Shown: piece after piece, positions 11,664 through 23,339 of the stretch
How positions within the stretch are numbered: position 1 is the stretch's first letter
Layout of the letters: every line of letters starts with the position of its first letter
Source: Azolla caroliniana
Lineage: Eukaryota > Plantae > Polypodiophyta
Direction: 5' to 3'
NCBI GenBank assembly: GCA_043228905.1
Contig: JBHGNT010000007.1
Span: 1,054,001-1,118,000 of the forward strand
Length of the DNA stretch: 64,000 nt
Program-made: the position numbers and the translations under genes
The notes under the pieces: model-generated
What the model was told of the DNA's origin: nothing
Seen by the model: only the letters and a program-made list of their open reading frames with translations
The model's database searches: none

Positions 11664-11953
11664 TGATGCGAAAGATATATGTATTATATGACGGAAGATA
11701 TACAACAGTAGTTAGAAGGCTTAAGACTGGCGTTGAACCGATTTGGTTCGAACTAATGCCTTGCGCCTCCTTTTATAGTGTCTTCAGGAATACTCCTGAA
11801 GTTTCTAGAATGTTCCAGAGAAATCTGGAATATACATCAATTTCCCAATAAAACCTAAATGAAAATAATATCCTTCAAATTACAATTCATAACCTAATGG
11901 TAAAGTCTCGACCCGTGTAACAAAAGGTTATGGGTTCGAGTCTAGTTATGACA
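11487..11953 (-). repeat. 5' LTR of the intact chromovirus
   Basis: Direct repeat of 6181-6651; adjacent to the PBS and gag leader. Confidence 0.97.
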
Positions 11954-14387
11954 GTTACGAGCCGATTCGGTGGAGCTCTTGGGCTCTTGTTCGGCCGCTA
12001 CCTTCATCGCGAAGGCATAGTGATGGGCCATGTACTCGTTGTAGGTGAGCCGAGTGACAGGGTTCTTAGCTCTAGATGAGCGTCGAAGTTTTTCATTCGC
12101 CGATGTGAGTGCCTTCTTTGCTCCGGGTGTCCGCATGATGGGCACCCCAAACTCACTGTCTAGTCAGGGAGCCGACACATCCGAATCATTGTCGTCGGGG
12201 TGCTCAACTTCGTATTCGGGCATCTTACCTTTGCCTTTGTCCAAGGTGGTACTTGGCCGCGACGTGCTTGGGTCGCGTGGGGCCTCTTGTGGACCACTAG
12301 GCCTTGTCGTAATCGGACTTTCTTCGAACATGTGTTTGAAGCGATCTCCATCTTCTACCCTTGTTCACCGGATTCTGGGTCGAGCGGAGTCGGAGTCGAA
12401 GTTGTCTCTAGTGTGTACCAATATGCGGACTCATCGAAGACTACGTCTCGACTTACCCGAACCGATCGAGTAGAAGGGTTGTAGCACTTGTATGCCTTCT
12501 TCTCGAACGAGTATCCTATGAGGATACATTCCTCCGACTTCGCGTCGGACTTCTGTCGTTGTTCGTTCGAGATGCGTACATTCGCAATGCTTCCGAACAC
12601 CTTGAGGTGCGACAGGATCGGCTTCCTTCTGACGAGGAGCTCGTATGGAGTTAGCTCATGCACTCCATTAGTGGTGCATCTATTCATGAGATAGATGGTC
12701 GTGGATGCCGTGGATCCTGCTTCAGCCCAATAGTAATTTGGCATGTGCTTCTCATGCATCATGGCATGTACTACCTCGAGTATTTGCCAATTCTTCCTTT
12801 TGGATACTCCATTTTGTTGGGGTGTGTGTCAGCACGAGAATTCTCTCTGAATGCCTTCACTTTGGAGGTAGGAGGTGAATTCACCGGAGAAGTACTCCTT
12901 GCCTCCATTCGATCGTAGGCATCGAATGTGCCGACCAGTTTCTTTTTCGACTTGGCCCTTGAGCTTTTGGAAGTGGGAGAACACTTCACTCTTCTTCTTC
13001 ATCAGGAAGATCCATGCGTAGCGCGAGTAGTCGTCGATGAAGGTGACGTAGAATCAGCATCTGCCGATCATCGGTGTTTGAGCCGATCCCCATACATCTG
13101 AGTGTATGATGTCAAGGAGGTCTTTGCTCACGTGACTCTCCTTCGGGAATGGGAGTCGATGTTGTTTGCCGAGTTGACACGCTTCGCATACTCGGTTGAC
13201 TCGAATGTTGGAAGTCCGATGACGACTCCCTTTGATTGCATAGCTTGGAGCCGTTGGAGGTTTATGTGGCCGATTTTCTTGTGCCACAACTCGATGCTTG
13301 TCTCAGTTTTGAGACCTTTAGCGTACATTGCCAATTTCACCTTGTTCGAATCGAGGATGAACATTCGACCATCTCTCCGCCCCTTAGCAATGAGTCGGCC
13401 ATCTTTCTCAATGAAGCATCCTTCATTGTTGAAGCGGACTTGCATGCCTTGCTCCACGATTTGGCCGACGGAGACCAAATTCTTCGTTATTGTGGGCACA
13501 TGCAAGACATTCTTGATGCAAGTTTGCTCGCCTTCTTTCCCGAATGGGACATTGCTGATGTGCCGAATGGGATGTGTGGTGTCGTCTCCCGTCTCTATGA
13601 AGCCGGGTCGGTCCGGCGTTCGTAAGTCACGAAACCACTCTTGATGTGATGACATATGATGTGAGGCGCCGGAATTGATGAACCACACGTCTTCCGAGTT
13701 GGAGGTGCTTGTAGAGTCGGAGGCCAACATAGAGTTCACTTTATGCCTCATTACGAATAGTCTGTCGTAGTCATCGTATTCGGAGTTGGTGGCGTAATTC
13801 GTGAGTTGTCGACTTGTCAAAGAGGTCTCACTTCTTCTTTTTCGGCACTCCTCCTCGCGGTGGCCAATTTTGCCACAATAGTTGCAAGTTCCGGGCCTCA
13901 TTTGCCAACCTTGTTCGGCATGGAAGCTCCCCCTTCTTTCGAAGGTTCCTTGATGGCTTCCGTGAAGGTTTGAGCATGTGATGGGCTGAATTAGCCTCTT
14001 CTACCGCCGTGACCTCGTCCTCGGCCACCGTCCGAACTTGAGAAGAACATTTTTCCTTCCGACGTCTTCCTCTTGGTTCAGACATGGTTCTCTTCGACCA
14101 ATAACATTGATTGGAAGTCGAAGAACAAAGGAGGCTTTTCCCTCGCCAAGATTACCGTCCTCAACGAGTCGAATCATTGTGTGAGACCGCCCAAGCATAC
14201 TTGAACCATCTCGTCTTCGTCGACATTTATTTTGATGGAGCCAAGCGAGTCGCAAATGCTCTTGATCTTGATGGTGTAGCCCGACACGGACATGTCCCTT
14301 TGCCAAATGTTGTTCAACTCTTGTCGGAGTTGACGCTTTCGGGTGGTCGTGTTGGCGGCGAACATTTTCTTTAAGTTCTCCCACGCC

Positions 14388-16728
14388 TATCACAAACATG
14401 ATAAAAAGATTTGAACTCTTAACCTCTTGTATATAGTCAAGTGTTGTGTTCTAACCAACACATCCAAATATATGGTCATGTTATGTATATCTTAGTAGAT
14501 TATTAGTAGATTATCTATTCCAAGTTCTAGGAGTTTTTAGAAAGTTCTAGAACTAGAAGGTTCTAGAGGGTTCTAGAATATTGTTCCGAATATTCTAATG
14601 CATGTACTTCGACTCACAGTATAAATACGTGTAACCTCCTTGGTCCCTTTCAAGGGATTCAACACCAGTCATTGACACATCAATCTAGTATTCTCATTTC
14701 GCCTCATCTTTGTGGCCTTGATCTTTATTTCTGTCTTCATGCCCTCATGTCGCTAAGAACATCTAGAGTTCCTTGCCTTGTCACATCTAGCTCCAAGTTC
14801 ATCCGTCGCTCGTAGCCCCATCATCTGTGCTCCGTCCTAGTCCGTGCTTGGTGTGTCCGTGATAGTTTGAATCCCTTCCAACTAGAAGCATTACCCATCT
14901 ACATCATCGCCCTTGCTTCTAGAGTTACCATCGTCACCGTCATTGGTTCTAGAGTCACCATCATCAACATCCCTTCGTTTTCTATCTTCCTCGCCATCTC
15001 TATCTCTAATTTTCTTTTCATCATCGTCTCTATCTCTGCACTTCTTATCATCTTCCACATCCCTATCTCCTAGTTTCTTCTCATCATCATCTCTATCTCT
15101 GCACTTCTTATCATCTTCCACATCCCTATCTTGCATTTTTTGTCATTGTTATCCTTCTCCTTGTGTTTCCACCGTTTTCATCTCTATCTATGTGTTTCTT
15201 ATTATCTTCGTCACTTTCTCTACGTTTCCTATCACTTTCATCCCTGTCTTTGTGTTTTCTATCATCCTTTGCAGATGTGTCTTTGTGTTTCTTCAGAACC
15301 CCAACATCTCGATCTCTATGTTTCTTATCCTCTTCATCTTTTTCTCCGCTTCCATCATTGCCATAGTCAAAGTCGTTGCTTCCAAAGTTGCTTTATCAAC
15401 ATCATTGCCTTCATTGCTTCGTCTTCGACATCATCATCTTCAACCGTCTTGTTGTCGTCATCAACACTACTTTGCCTAGCCGTCATTGTCGTCAAGTGTT
15501 CCAGTTCCCGGTGAGGACCGTGCAGGGTCGCTCACATCCATTAGTGTTCGTGTCTCCCGTGAGGACCGCACATGGTCGCTCACGCCCTTTGGTGTTCGCA
15601 TCTCCGGTGAGGACCGTACATGGTCTCTCATGCTCATTGGTGTTCCAGTTCCCCACCACCGCACATGGTCTCTCACGCCCGTTGGTGTTCGTGTCTCCGG
15701 TGAGGACCGCACATGGTTGCTCATTTCCGTTGGTGTTCGTGTCTCTAGTGAGGACCGTACATGGTCTCTCATGCCCGTTGGTTTTCATGTCTCTGGTGAG
15801 GACTGCACATGGTTGCTCACGCCCATTGGTGTTTGTGTCTCTGGTGAGGACCGCACATGGTCTCTCACGTCCGTTGGTGTTCCAGTTCCCGGTGAGGACC
15901 GCACATGGTCGCTCACACCCGTTGGTGTTCTTGTCTTTGGTGAGAACCGCACATTGTCGTTGACACTCATGTTGGTGTTCCAGTCTCCGGTGAGGACCGC
16001 ACATGGTCGCTCACACTCACGTTGGTGTTCCAGTCTCCGGTGAGGACCGAACATGGTTGCTCACGCTCACATTGGTGTCCAGTCTCCGGTGAGGACCACA
16101 CATGGTTGCCCGCGTTCACCCGTGCTCCTATTTCTGGTGAGGACTGCTCATGGTCACTCACATGGTCACCTCAACGTACTTTGGTTTTCTCTTTCAGCTC
16201 ACCCCTACACCACACTTTCGAAAAGGCGCCCGTAAAGGGGAGGATAATGTCACAGACATGATGACAAGATTTGAACTCTTGACCTCTTGTATATAATCAA
16301 GTGTTGTGTTCTAAACAACACATCCAAATATAATAATAGTCATGTTATATATATCTTAGTAGATTATTAATATATTATCTATTTCAAGTTCTAGGAGTTT
16401 TTAGAAAGTTCTAGAACTAGAAGGTTCTAGAGGGTTCTAGAATATTCTCCCGAATATTCTAATGCATGTACTTCGACTCATAGTATAAATACTTGTAACC
16501 TCATTGGTCCCTTTCAAGGGATTCAACATCAGTCATTGACACATCAATCTAGTATTCTCGTTTCGCCTCATCTTTGTGGCCTTGATCTCTATTTCTGTCT
16601 TCATGCCCTCATGTCGCTCAAAACATCTAGAGTTCCTTGCCTCGTCACATCTAGCTCCAAGTTCATCCGTTGCTCGTAGCCCCATCATCTGTGCTCCGTC
16701 CTAGTCCGCGCTTGGTGTGACTGTGACA
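14388..16728 (+). mobile_element. Non-autonomous 2.3-kb LTR element (TRIM/LARD-like), self-priming type, inserted in copia gag
   Basis: LTRs 14388-14864 and 16248-16728, TSD ACGCC (14383-14387 and 16729-16733), PPT AAAGGGGAGGATAA 16234-16247. PBS TTGAATCCCTT (14867-14877) is complementary to LTR AAGGGATTCAA (14652-14662). No gag or pol motifs inside. Confidence 0.92.
15495..16160. repeat. Tandem array of about 13 copies of a 48-51 bp unit (GGTGAGGACCGCACATGGTC...TTGGTGTTC...TCTCC)
   Basis: Visible periodicity; gives repetitive ORFs in several frames. Confidence 0.9.
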
Positions 16729-17167
16729 ACGCCTCTTTGGGTGTCTTGGCGTCTCGAATGTAGCTAAACATGTGGTCGTGGACACATGTTGCCAAGCAAT
16801 ACATGACTCGACTCACCGCTTGCTCCCATGTTGAGTATTCGGCGTTCTTTGGGTCGGGTCGATTTTCTTGAGCGTCGTTGATGTAGCTCCAATACCCTTG
16901 GCCGATGAGGGATTGGGTCATCTTGTACTCCCAAGATGAATAATTGCTCCGGTCTAGCTTTTCATTAGGGAGCGAGCTACCCATTTGTGTGTTCATGTTG
17001 ATTGTAGTGTCTTCTCTTCTTTTGCTTTTCTTCCTTCAATCACGTACACGTGCTACGTAGCAGCACTACGGTATCCAATAGCCGGATTTTGTCGTCAGCG
17101 TCTCGAACACACAATCACGGAGTCGGGTGGGCTTAGTGGATTTTCTAAACCACACGCTCTGATACCA

Positions 17168-17259
17168 TGTTAATAATTAGGTAATTAAGCAAGGGTGGGT
17201 TAATTAGTACCTAAATATGTGATTAGTTGATAAGCGGAAGATTAAGTGATATGTGTGTG

Positions 17260-17347
<88 letters not shown>

Positions 17348-17667
17348 GTTAACACTTATGAACAACACAAGATGGGGGGTGATTAACTCTATATTAAATT
17401 AGCATTATTTGATTCATCATCAAATACAAAAATACCTACAATGAGGTATATACAAACCTCATGTGCAAGGGTGCACATGTGTTAGGAGAATATTGGTACA
17501 CAAGTGTAAGTCCTATATTAAATGTACTTGGGAGCGGAGGATCTAGAATATCCCACTTAAGTACAAGGTCCCATTTAAGGCGTTATAGTCAACACTTCTA
17601 TCTAGGTAACTACGACGTTACATGGTTGCCTAAATAACTAACTCTAGTTGAGCTTGATCTCTCAACA
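17168..17667 (-). repeat. 5' LTR of copia element B, with a long (GA)n tract (about 17264-17344)
   Basis: TGTTAA...CAACA termini, adjacent to the Met PBS; not similar to LTR 4514-4855. Confidence 0.8.
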
Positions 17668-18650
17668 AGTTGTTTTGTCAAGGGTTAGGAGGGAAAATAC
17701 ATGCGAGCAAGGATTAGTTGGACTCATCGTATGCATATGACACTATGCTCTATCTACAGGGCAATGACACTAATTTACAACAACCTAAGGGCCAGATTTA
17801 GTTGTTTTGTCAAGCGTCAGGAGGGAAAATTAATTGGAACAAAAGCAAAGGCTTTTAGGTAAGTCCAAACCTGTGACCACTTTGGTGCCCTAATGTTGAC
17901 TTTCAATGGGTTCCTGATGGAATGGTTGTTAAATATTTGGGCTTTTTGGTGGGAGTTGAGACACATAAAAATGAGCAGCTTGAGTAGGTGAAAGACAAAA
18001 TCAGAAAAAAGTTTCGGTTGTGGGCATCAATAAAGCTTTCCCTTGCAAGTAGGGGGATCATGGTAAACAACATTTTGCTAGCCACCATGTGGCACTCAAT
18101 GGCATGTTGGATGTTAGACAAAGCTTGCATCAAAAACATTAAGGCAATGGTGCGAGGGTTCCTTTGGTCGATCAAAGACCATGAGATGGCATCAACTAAA
18201 GTGGTGTGGGGTTGTTTGGTCAAGGCGAAAAACCAAGGTGGACTTGGGCTGGTGGATCCAGTTCACCAATGCAAGGCTTTACTCGGTAAGCTTCTAGTGC
18301 GAAGTCTACAACATAGACCAAAATTGTGGGTGCCCAGGGAATGGCGGCCCTTGGAAGGCAAAGATGTGGTGGTTGTTCAGTCCAGATTTAAAGTCGAAAG
18401 AACCAACTAGCATGGAGGATAGGGTAGCCCATGCCATAATGAAGGCCTGGTCAAGTTTAAGAGGAGGGTTAGTCTTAATGCAACAGAAAACGTTGGAGGA
18501 ATAGCTACGACAACCACTGTTTTAGAACCCCAAGATTAGAAGTGAAGACAGTATGATGCTTGGACAGAAAAAATACTTGTCGTGGGGCCATCTGTTAGAG
18601 TACAATGTTAGTTCGATAAGAGATTGGGAGGTTTTCAGAATGAAGAGGAG
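17668..18650 (+). mobile_element. Continuation of the 1080-4513 LINE (RT C-half and downstream domain), degenerate
   Basis: SGGKINWNKS, VKYLG, LSLASRGIMVNNIL, GGLGLVDP motifs; resumes with the sequence interrupted at 4513. Confidence 0.88.
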
Positions 18651-21600
18651 GAAGGGTCAGACTAGTAAGCAAGAAAAAGTTACCCCTAGATGAAAGCATG
18701 TGAATGGAAACACTATTATAGCTAACATGCAACTAAAATGACCACATCTAAGTAGTTTTTTTAAAGCTAATACTTAGAGGGAAAATCTTAAAGATACTTA
18801 TCATTTCTTATGGGGAGGGAAATATTACTATTTATGGTGCACATTTTAGTCGGTCTTTTTTTAATATCACATTCTAATAATCCCGAAAATTGCCAAAATA
18901 TACAAATTATATACAACTTTTTGCACAACTAATTAGTTATGTCAAGGACACATCTAATTGTTCTGATTCCCATGCTTTCACTTGGTTGTTGATGGTTTTG
19001 ATAGATTGAACGAGGAAGAGGGGGTCTGGTCTGGTCTGGCTAGTTTCTAGGTGAGGGTGATGGACAAATTATCTATGGCAGGTACACAACTAATGAGGAT
19101 CGCTTGTGGGGCAACCTAAGTGCTTTGTCTGACAATGGCAAGTGTAATATGAAATGTGAATGTGTGAGTGTTAGGTGGGGTAAGTAGGTGTACCTACGTC
19201 CATTCGGCTTTTGTAATGATTAGATCTTCTTTTTACAAATGGGAAATTTCGATTTGTTAGGTTCAACTTGCCAAGGCACTATCCCACAGGCATGCCAAGT
19301 GTTGTTCGTGGGCCAAAATAGTAACATATGAGAATTGCAATAGGAATTAGGTTGCAGTAGGTAAACAATTGTAAGCAATCAGAAGAAGCCAAAATAAACA
19401 CAACTAAAAACGTGGAAGGAGAAGGAGCGTGCCAAGGAACATCTATATAAGGAGCAACAGATCGAAGGAAGAAAGGGAGAGACATATAGGAGAGAAGTTT
19501 GAGGTTACTACGTAATTAATCCTACTACAATGTATCGATACATTCCGGCAGATAGTCGTGTAATCACTACTCATTCCATAATCTAAACAGTGTTGGGTCT
19601 ATGTTGTGTCATTGTTCGCTTTCAATAACCGTTAAGTAACCTATCTCTCCCTATCGTGTATGCATAGCCTAAGGTATCCTCTTACGTAATCTGTAGGGTG
19701 TCATCCCGTTTCGTAAAAGCGATCTGACCACCACGTTGTCGCAAAGATGCGCATGCATGCGTGCTTCGCTTGAGCGGGACCACCGGGGTCTCGGACCAGG
19801 GAGGACGTTCGCGAAATTGTCTAAAAGATGACGATGTGTATGTAGGAATCGAGGAAACTAATGTCACACTTGAGAAGATCAAATATTTTAAACTTGAGAA
19901 GAAGAAAGATTTCAAGAAGAATATTAAGAAGAAGATTATATTGATGGTGATGATAATGATATCACATATTGAGCCCCCCCTTTACACAAGCCTTACGAGG
20001 GTTTTTACAGGTCTATCCATGCACAAAACCATGGGCTTGGACCCATGGTTTTTGGGCACACAATTTTTCTTGTGGCATCCACAAAACCAGGCTTGGAACA
20101 TGGTTTTATGCACACAGTTTTGTACGGTTGTTTTCTTATGCCTTTTGAATATGAAAAGAAATTTACATAACATTTAAAGTACTTGGTAGTTTCCCTAATG
20201 GTAAGATAAATGCCTTCTATCTCGGAGGTGCAAGGTTCAAATCTTGCTTGCACCCCTCTATATGCACTCGAATGCCACTAGGCCCTAGGATAATTTTCAT
20301 ATTTATAATCGTTTGTGTAATGTGAGTGGAACTACACTATTTCACAATTTCTCCCATTGGACACACAACATCACGACATCCACCCCCACCAAACCGCACA
20401 TCCTTCGGCATGTGCCAAGAAGAAAAGACTGATGTGGTGGACTCAAAGGTGGTTGGCCTTTGATTTCTTTCTTTCTTACGCCTCACCTGCATCGGCCTTT
20501 GTCCTCCATTTTGAGCACATGCATTCCTTCCACCCGAACCATCGTCGCCACCCGATCAACCATATCATTCATTCGCCCTTCGCGTTGCCATGACCACTTG
20601 GCATAGCCCCTTTTGCTCCTCTTGAGTGTAACCCTTCATGCATCGTACATGTGCCGCCTTCATCCCGACCATCTCCTTGGTCATCAAACTTCCTCTGATC
20701 GGCCTTTCTCGTCTCATGTTTGCCTTTCCTCATACTCACTAGCCTCGACCGGGTGTCACAGTTCGTCTGCTTCAACCTATGGTTAGGTCGGCTCAACTTC
20801 TATCTGGATCGGTCTCGACCAATCAACTTCTCGCTTGGTCAGCCTTCGTCTAGATTTGCATTTGGCCAAATTGGACTCAGACGAACGGCTTCCATCCGGG
20901 TCAGTTTCCGTCCGGGTTTCGGTTGGGTCGGGCCCGGTTGATCAGTTCCCGTCCGGGTCGGCTTCCGTTCGGGTCGGAATACCAACCGCGTCATCTTCCA
21001 TCCAGATTGTATTCTGGTTCTTCCTTTCTTGCCGCTCTCTGGCTCTTCATCAAACTCTATTGTAGCATTGTTTTTGGCCTCCTTGTTGGCCATCGTTCCT
21101 TTGTATGTGTTGGCTTCGACCCTCATCTCCTCGCAACCACCTTCCATCTCTCCGATCTTATGTTGGCTCTCGGACACAACTACCGAAGTCTCCAGAACCG
21201 GTGTGGAGGAATCCCTTCGCCTGTGGTCATTCACCTCGTCGTCCTCATTGCCGTTTCGGTCCTTCAATTTCCTGTCGCCACCTTCCGTCTCTCCAGTCTC
21301 ACGTTGGCAATCAGGCACAATTGCCGAAGTCTCAGGAACAATTGTGGGGAGAACCTCGGCACTATCAGTCACCTTCTTCTCATACATAGCCATCTTTCGC
21401 TCAATGTTGTTATTCACATTGTCTTCAATATTTGCTTCCCCACCACTTTCCATCTCTTGGGTCTCATGTTGGCTCTCGGACGCAACTGCCCAAGTCTCTA
21501 GATCAAGTGTTGGGAAAGTCTCGACACGGTCATCCGCCATGAACTCTTCCATAACCATTTGCGACTCGATATCGTTCCTCGTGGCTACCTCCTCAATCAC

Positions 21601-22169
21601 GTTGTCGTGAAGATTTCCGGTTACGGTGTGAAACCGGGGTGGAATGGGCAAGTCGGTGGTGTGCAACATGTGCACATGTATACTAGGAAATGGTGTATAG
21701 AAATAAGAGGGGAAATTTTATCCCACATTGTAAGGTCCCTCCCTCCTTGGGCTATAAAACGAAGGGAGGGGTCACTTATGAGGGGGTTGCCTATTTTGCA
21801 TATGAAAGGTATACCACTTAGTCTAGAGTTCTTACCATTTTAGGGTTAGGGTTTCGTTTAGGGTTTCCTTATTCATCCTCGGTTAGGGTTTTCTCATAGT
21901 CGTTTGGTGCGGCCCATGCGGCCACCATGGTTGTAATCATTCGTTTGTTTTAATATAACTTGTTGAGCATCTTGCCTTGGCCGATCTCTCCTTCTATGTC
22001 ATGATCTTATTCTTCCTTCTTCTCCTCTTGGGCTAAGCTTCCAAAACATATCTTATTCTTTCTCCTCTACTCCCTAGTCCGAGACCCCCGTGGTCCCGCC
22101 CCTTCTACACGTACGCGGGTAACAACGCGACATCTTTGGTGAACCCGACGTGAAGGGCGGCAAGGGAGC

Positions 22170-23294
22170 ATGGAGATGGAAGAAGACTTTGACTTCGAGG
22201 AGATGATGGCAAAGATCGTGATGGAAGCTAGACGGAAGATGGCGAAGCAAGATGTGGCTCAACAAGCCGTCGAAAGGGTGGTCGATCGAGGTGGCCGGTT
22301 CAATGGGAATGAGGTCCTAAAATTTTTGGGAGCCTACAAGGTCGAGATAGCGAAAGGGGGCGTGAACGAGGCGATGCGGCTAGAGTATTTTCCTCGAGTG
22401 GCGGCCGTATCGGTGCACAAGGAGGTCAAGGAGCTACGAGAAGCTCATGAGTCGTGGGTGGCCTTTGAGGGAGCCCTATTGGAAGTGTACAAGTATGTGA
22501 AACCGGACGGGCGAGGTCGGTAGGAGTTGGACCGATGGGTGGCGTCAATTGAGCGCCATCGAAGCGCAATGGATGCATTCTGAGAGTTCGAGCGCCGTTT
22601 CTCTCAACTCTCGGAGCGAGATTGGAGATCGGTGGGGGCGGACAAAGTCTTCCTATTTTTTAAGACGATCCATCAAGAGGAGAGGATGGACATCTTATTT
22701 GAGCTTCAAGATGATTATGGAGCACATGGTCTCACCAAGGTGTGGTCCGAGGTGGAATGGGTGTGCTGGCAACATGATGCGAGGCGGTCGGCCACAACAC
22801 GGCCCGCGAGCGGCGGAGAAGAGGGAGCGGTGAGTGACTACACACTACCACCAGAAGAGAGCTCAATGCAAAACGGTTCGGAGGAGCTCGACCTAGAAGC
22901 GCTAATACGGGAGGCATGCGAGCTTGTGAAGGGGAAAATCGAAGCTGAAGAAGAGCTTATTATGGAGTCGGATCGGAGGCGATCGGAGGATGCGGAGGAA
23001 GAAGCCTCCCTAAGCGTAGAAGATGGGGCCTATACGGAGGCCAGAAGAGCGTACGACGGCGACATGGGAGAGGGTGCGGAGCAAACGACCCTCTTGCCTT
23101 GCAGTGAAGGGACGGCCATGGAGGCCGATAACTACGGATTCGGGACATGGCAGCCCGAAACATCGAGTGGGGAGGAGACAAGCTACGGTGCCGCGACCTT
23201 ACACACACCGATCCTAGAGGCTCCGATGGTTGGCCCGAGTGCCGGCGTGAGACCTAGAGCGACGGGTGGTTGCGGCGGCAAGGCGGGCAACTGA
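22170..23294 (+). pseudogene. gag-like ORF of element Y (stop/frameshift-disrupted)
   Basis: GRFNGNEVLKFLGAY...RLEYFPRV...ELREAHESW is homologous to element X (YFDGDIVQNFLKAY) and element Z (RFGGKNATSYLETY), and Z ends in a zinc knuckle. Confidence 0.7.
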
Positions 23295-23339
23295 GACGAC
23301 GACATCGAAGAGACGGCGGCAAGCGTAATCGAGGCTGGC

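Larger units (their letters stand above)
6181..11953 (-). mobile_element. Full-length, apparently intact Ty3/gypsy chromovirus (Tcn1/Tf1-sushi-like)
   Basis: LTRs 6181-6651 and 11487-11953 appear identical by eye except for (GA)n length. TGTCA...TGACA termini, 5-bp TSD GTTAC (6176-6180 and 11954-11958), PPT at 6652-6661, open gag and pol. Confidence 0.97.
11959..17167 (-). mobile_element. Degenerate Ty1/copia element B internal region (gag, protease, integrase), split by the 14388-16728 insertion; continues left of the gypsy to about 6155
   Basis: gag EKLDRSNYSSWEYKM, zinc knuckle CNYCGKIGHREEEC, WFINSGASHHM protease, LWHKKIGH/CEACQLGK, HSDVWG, HLKVFGS, SRDVVFDE. tRNA-iMet PBS TGGTATCAGAGC at 17156-17167. 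Confidence 0.92.

Noticed and set aside
15495-16160. Regular array resembling CRISPR
   Set aside because: Whole units are degenerate copies with no unique spacers, there are no cas genes, and it lies inside a plant LTR element.
22137-22153. tRNA-Trp gene fragment (also 27061-27077 and 42181-42197)
   Set aside because: Only the 3' 17 nt including CCA complement, adjacent to LTR ends: these are primer-binding sites, not tRNA genes.
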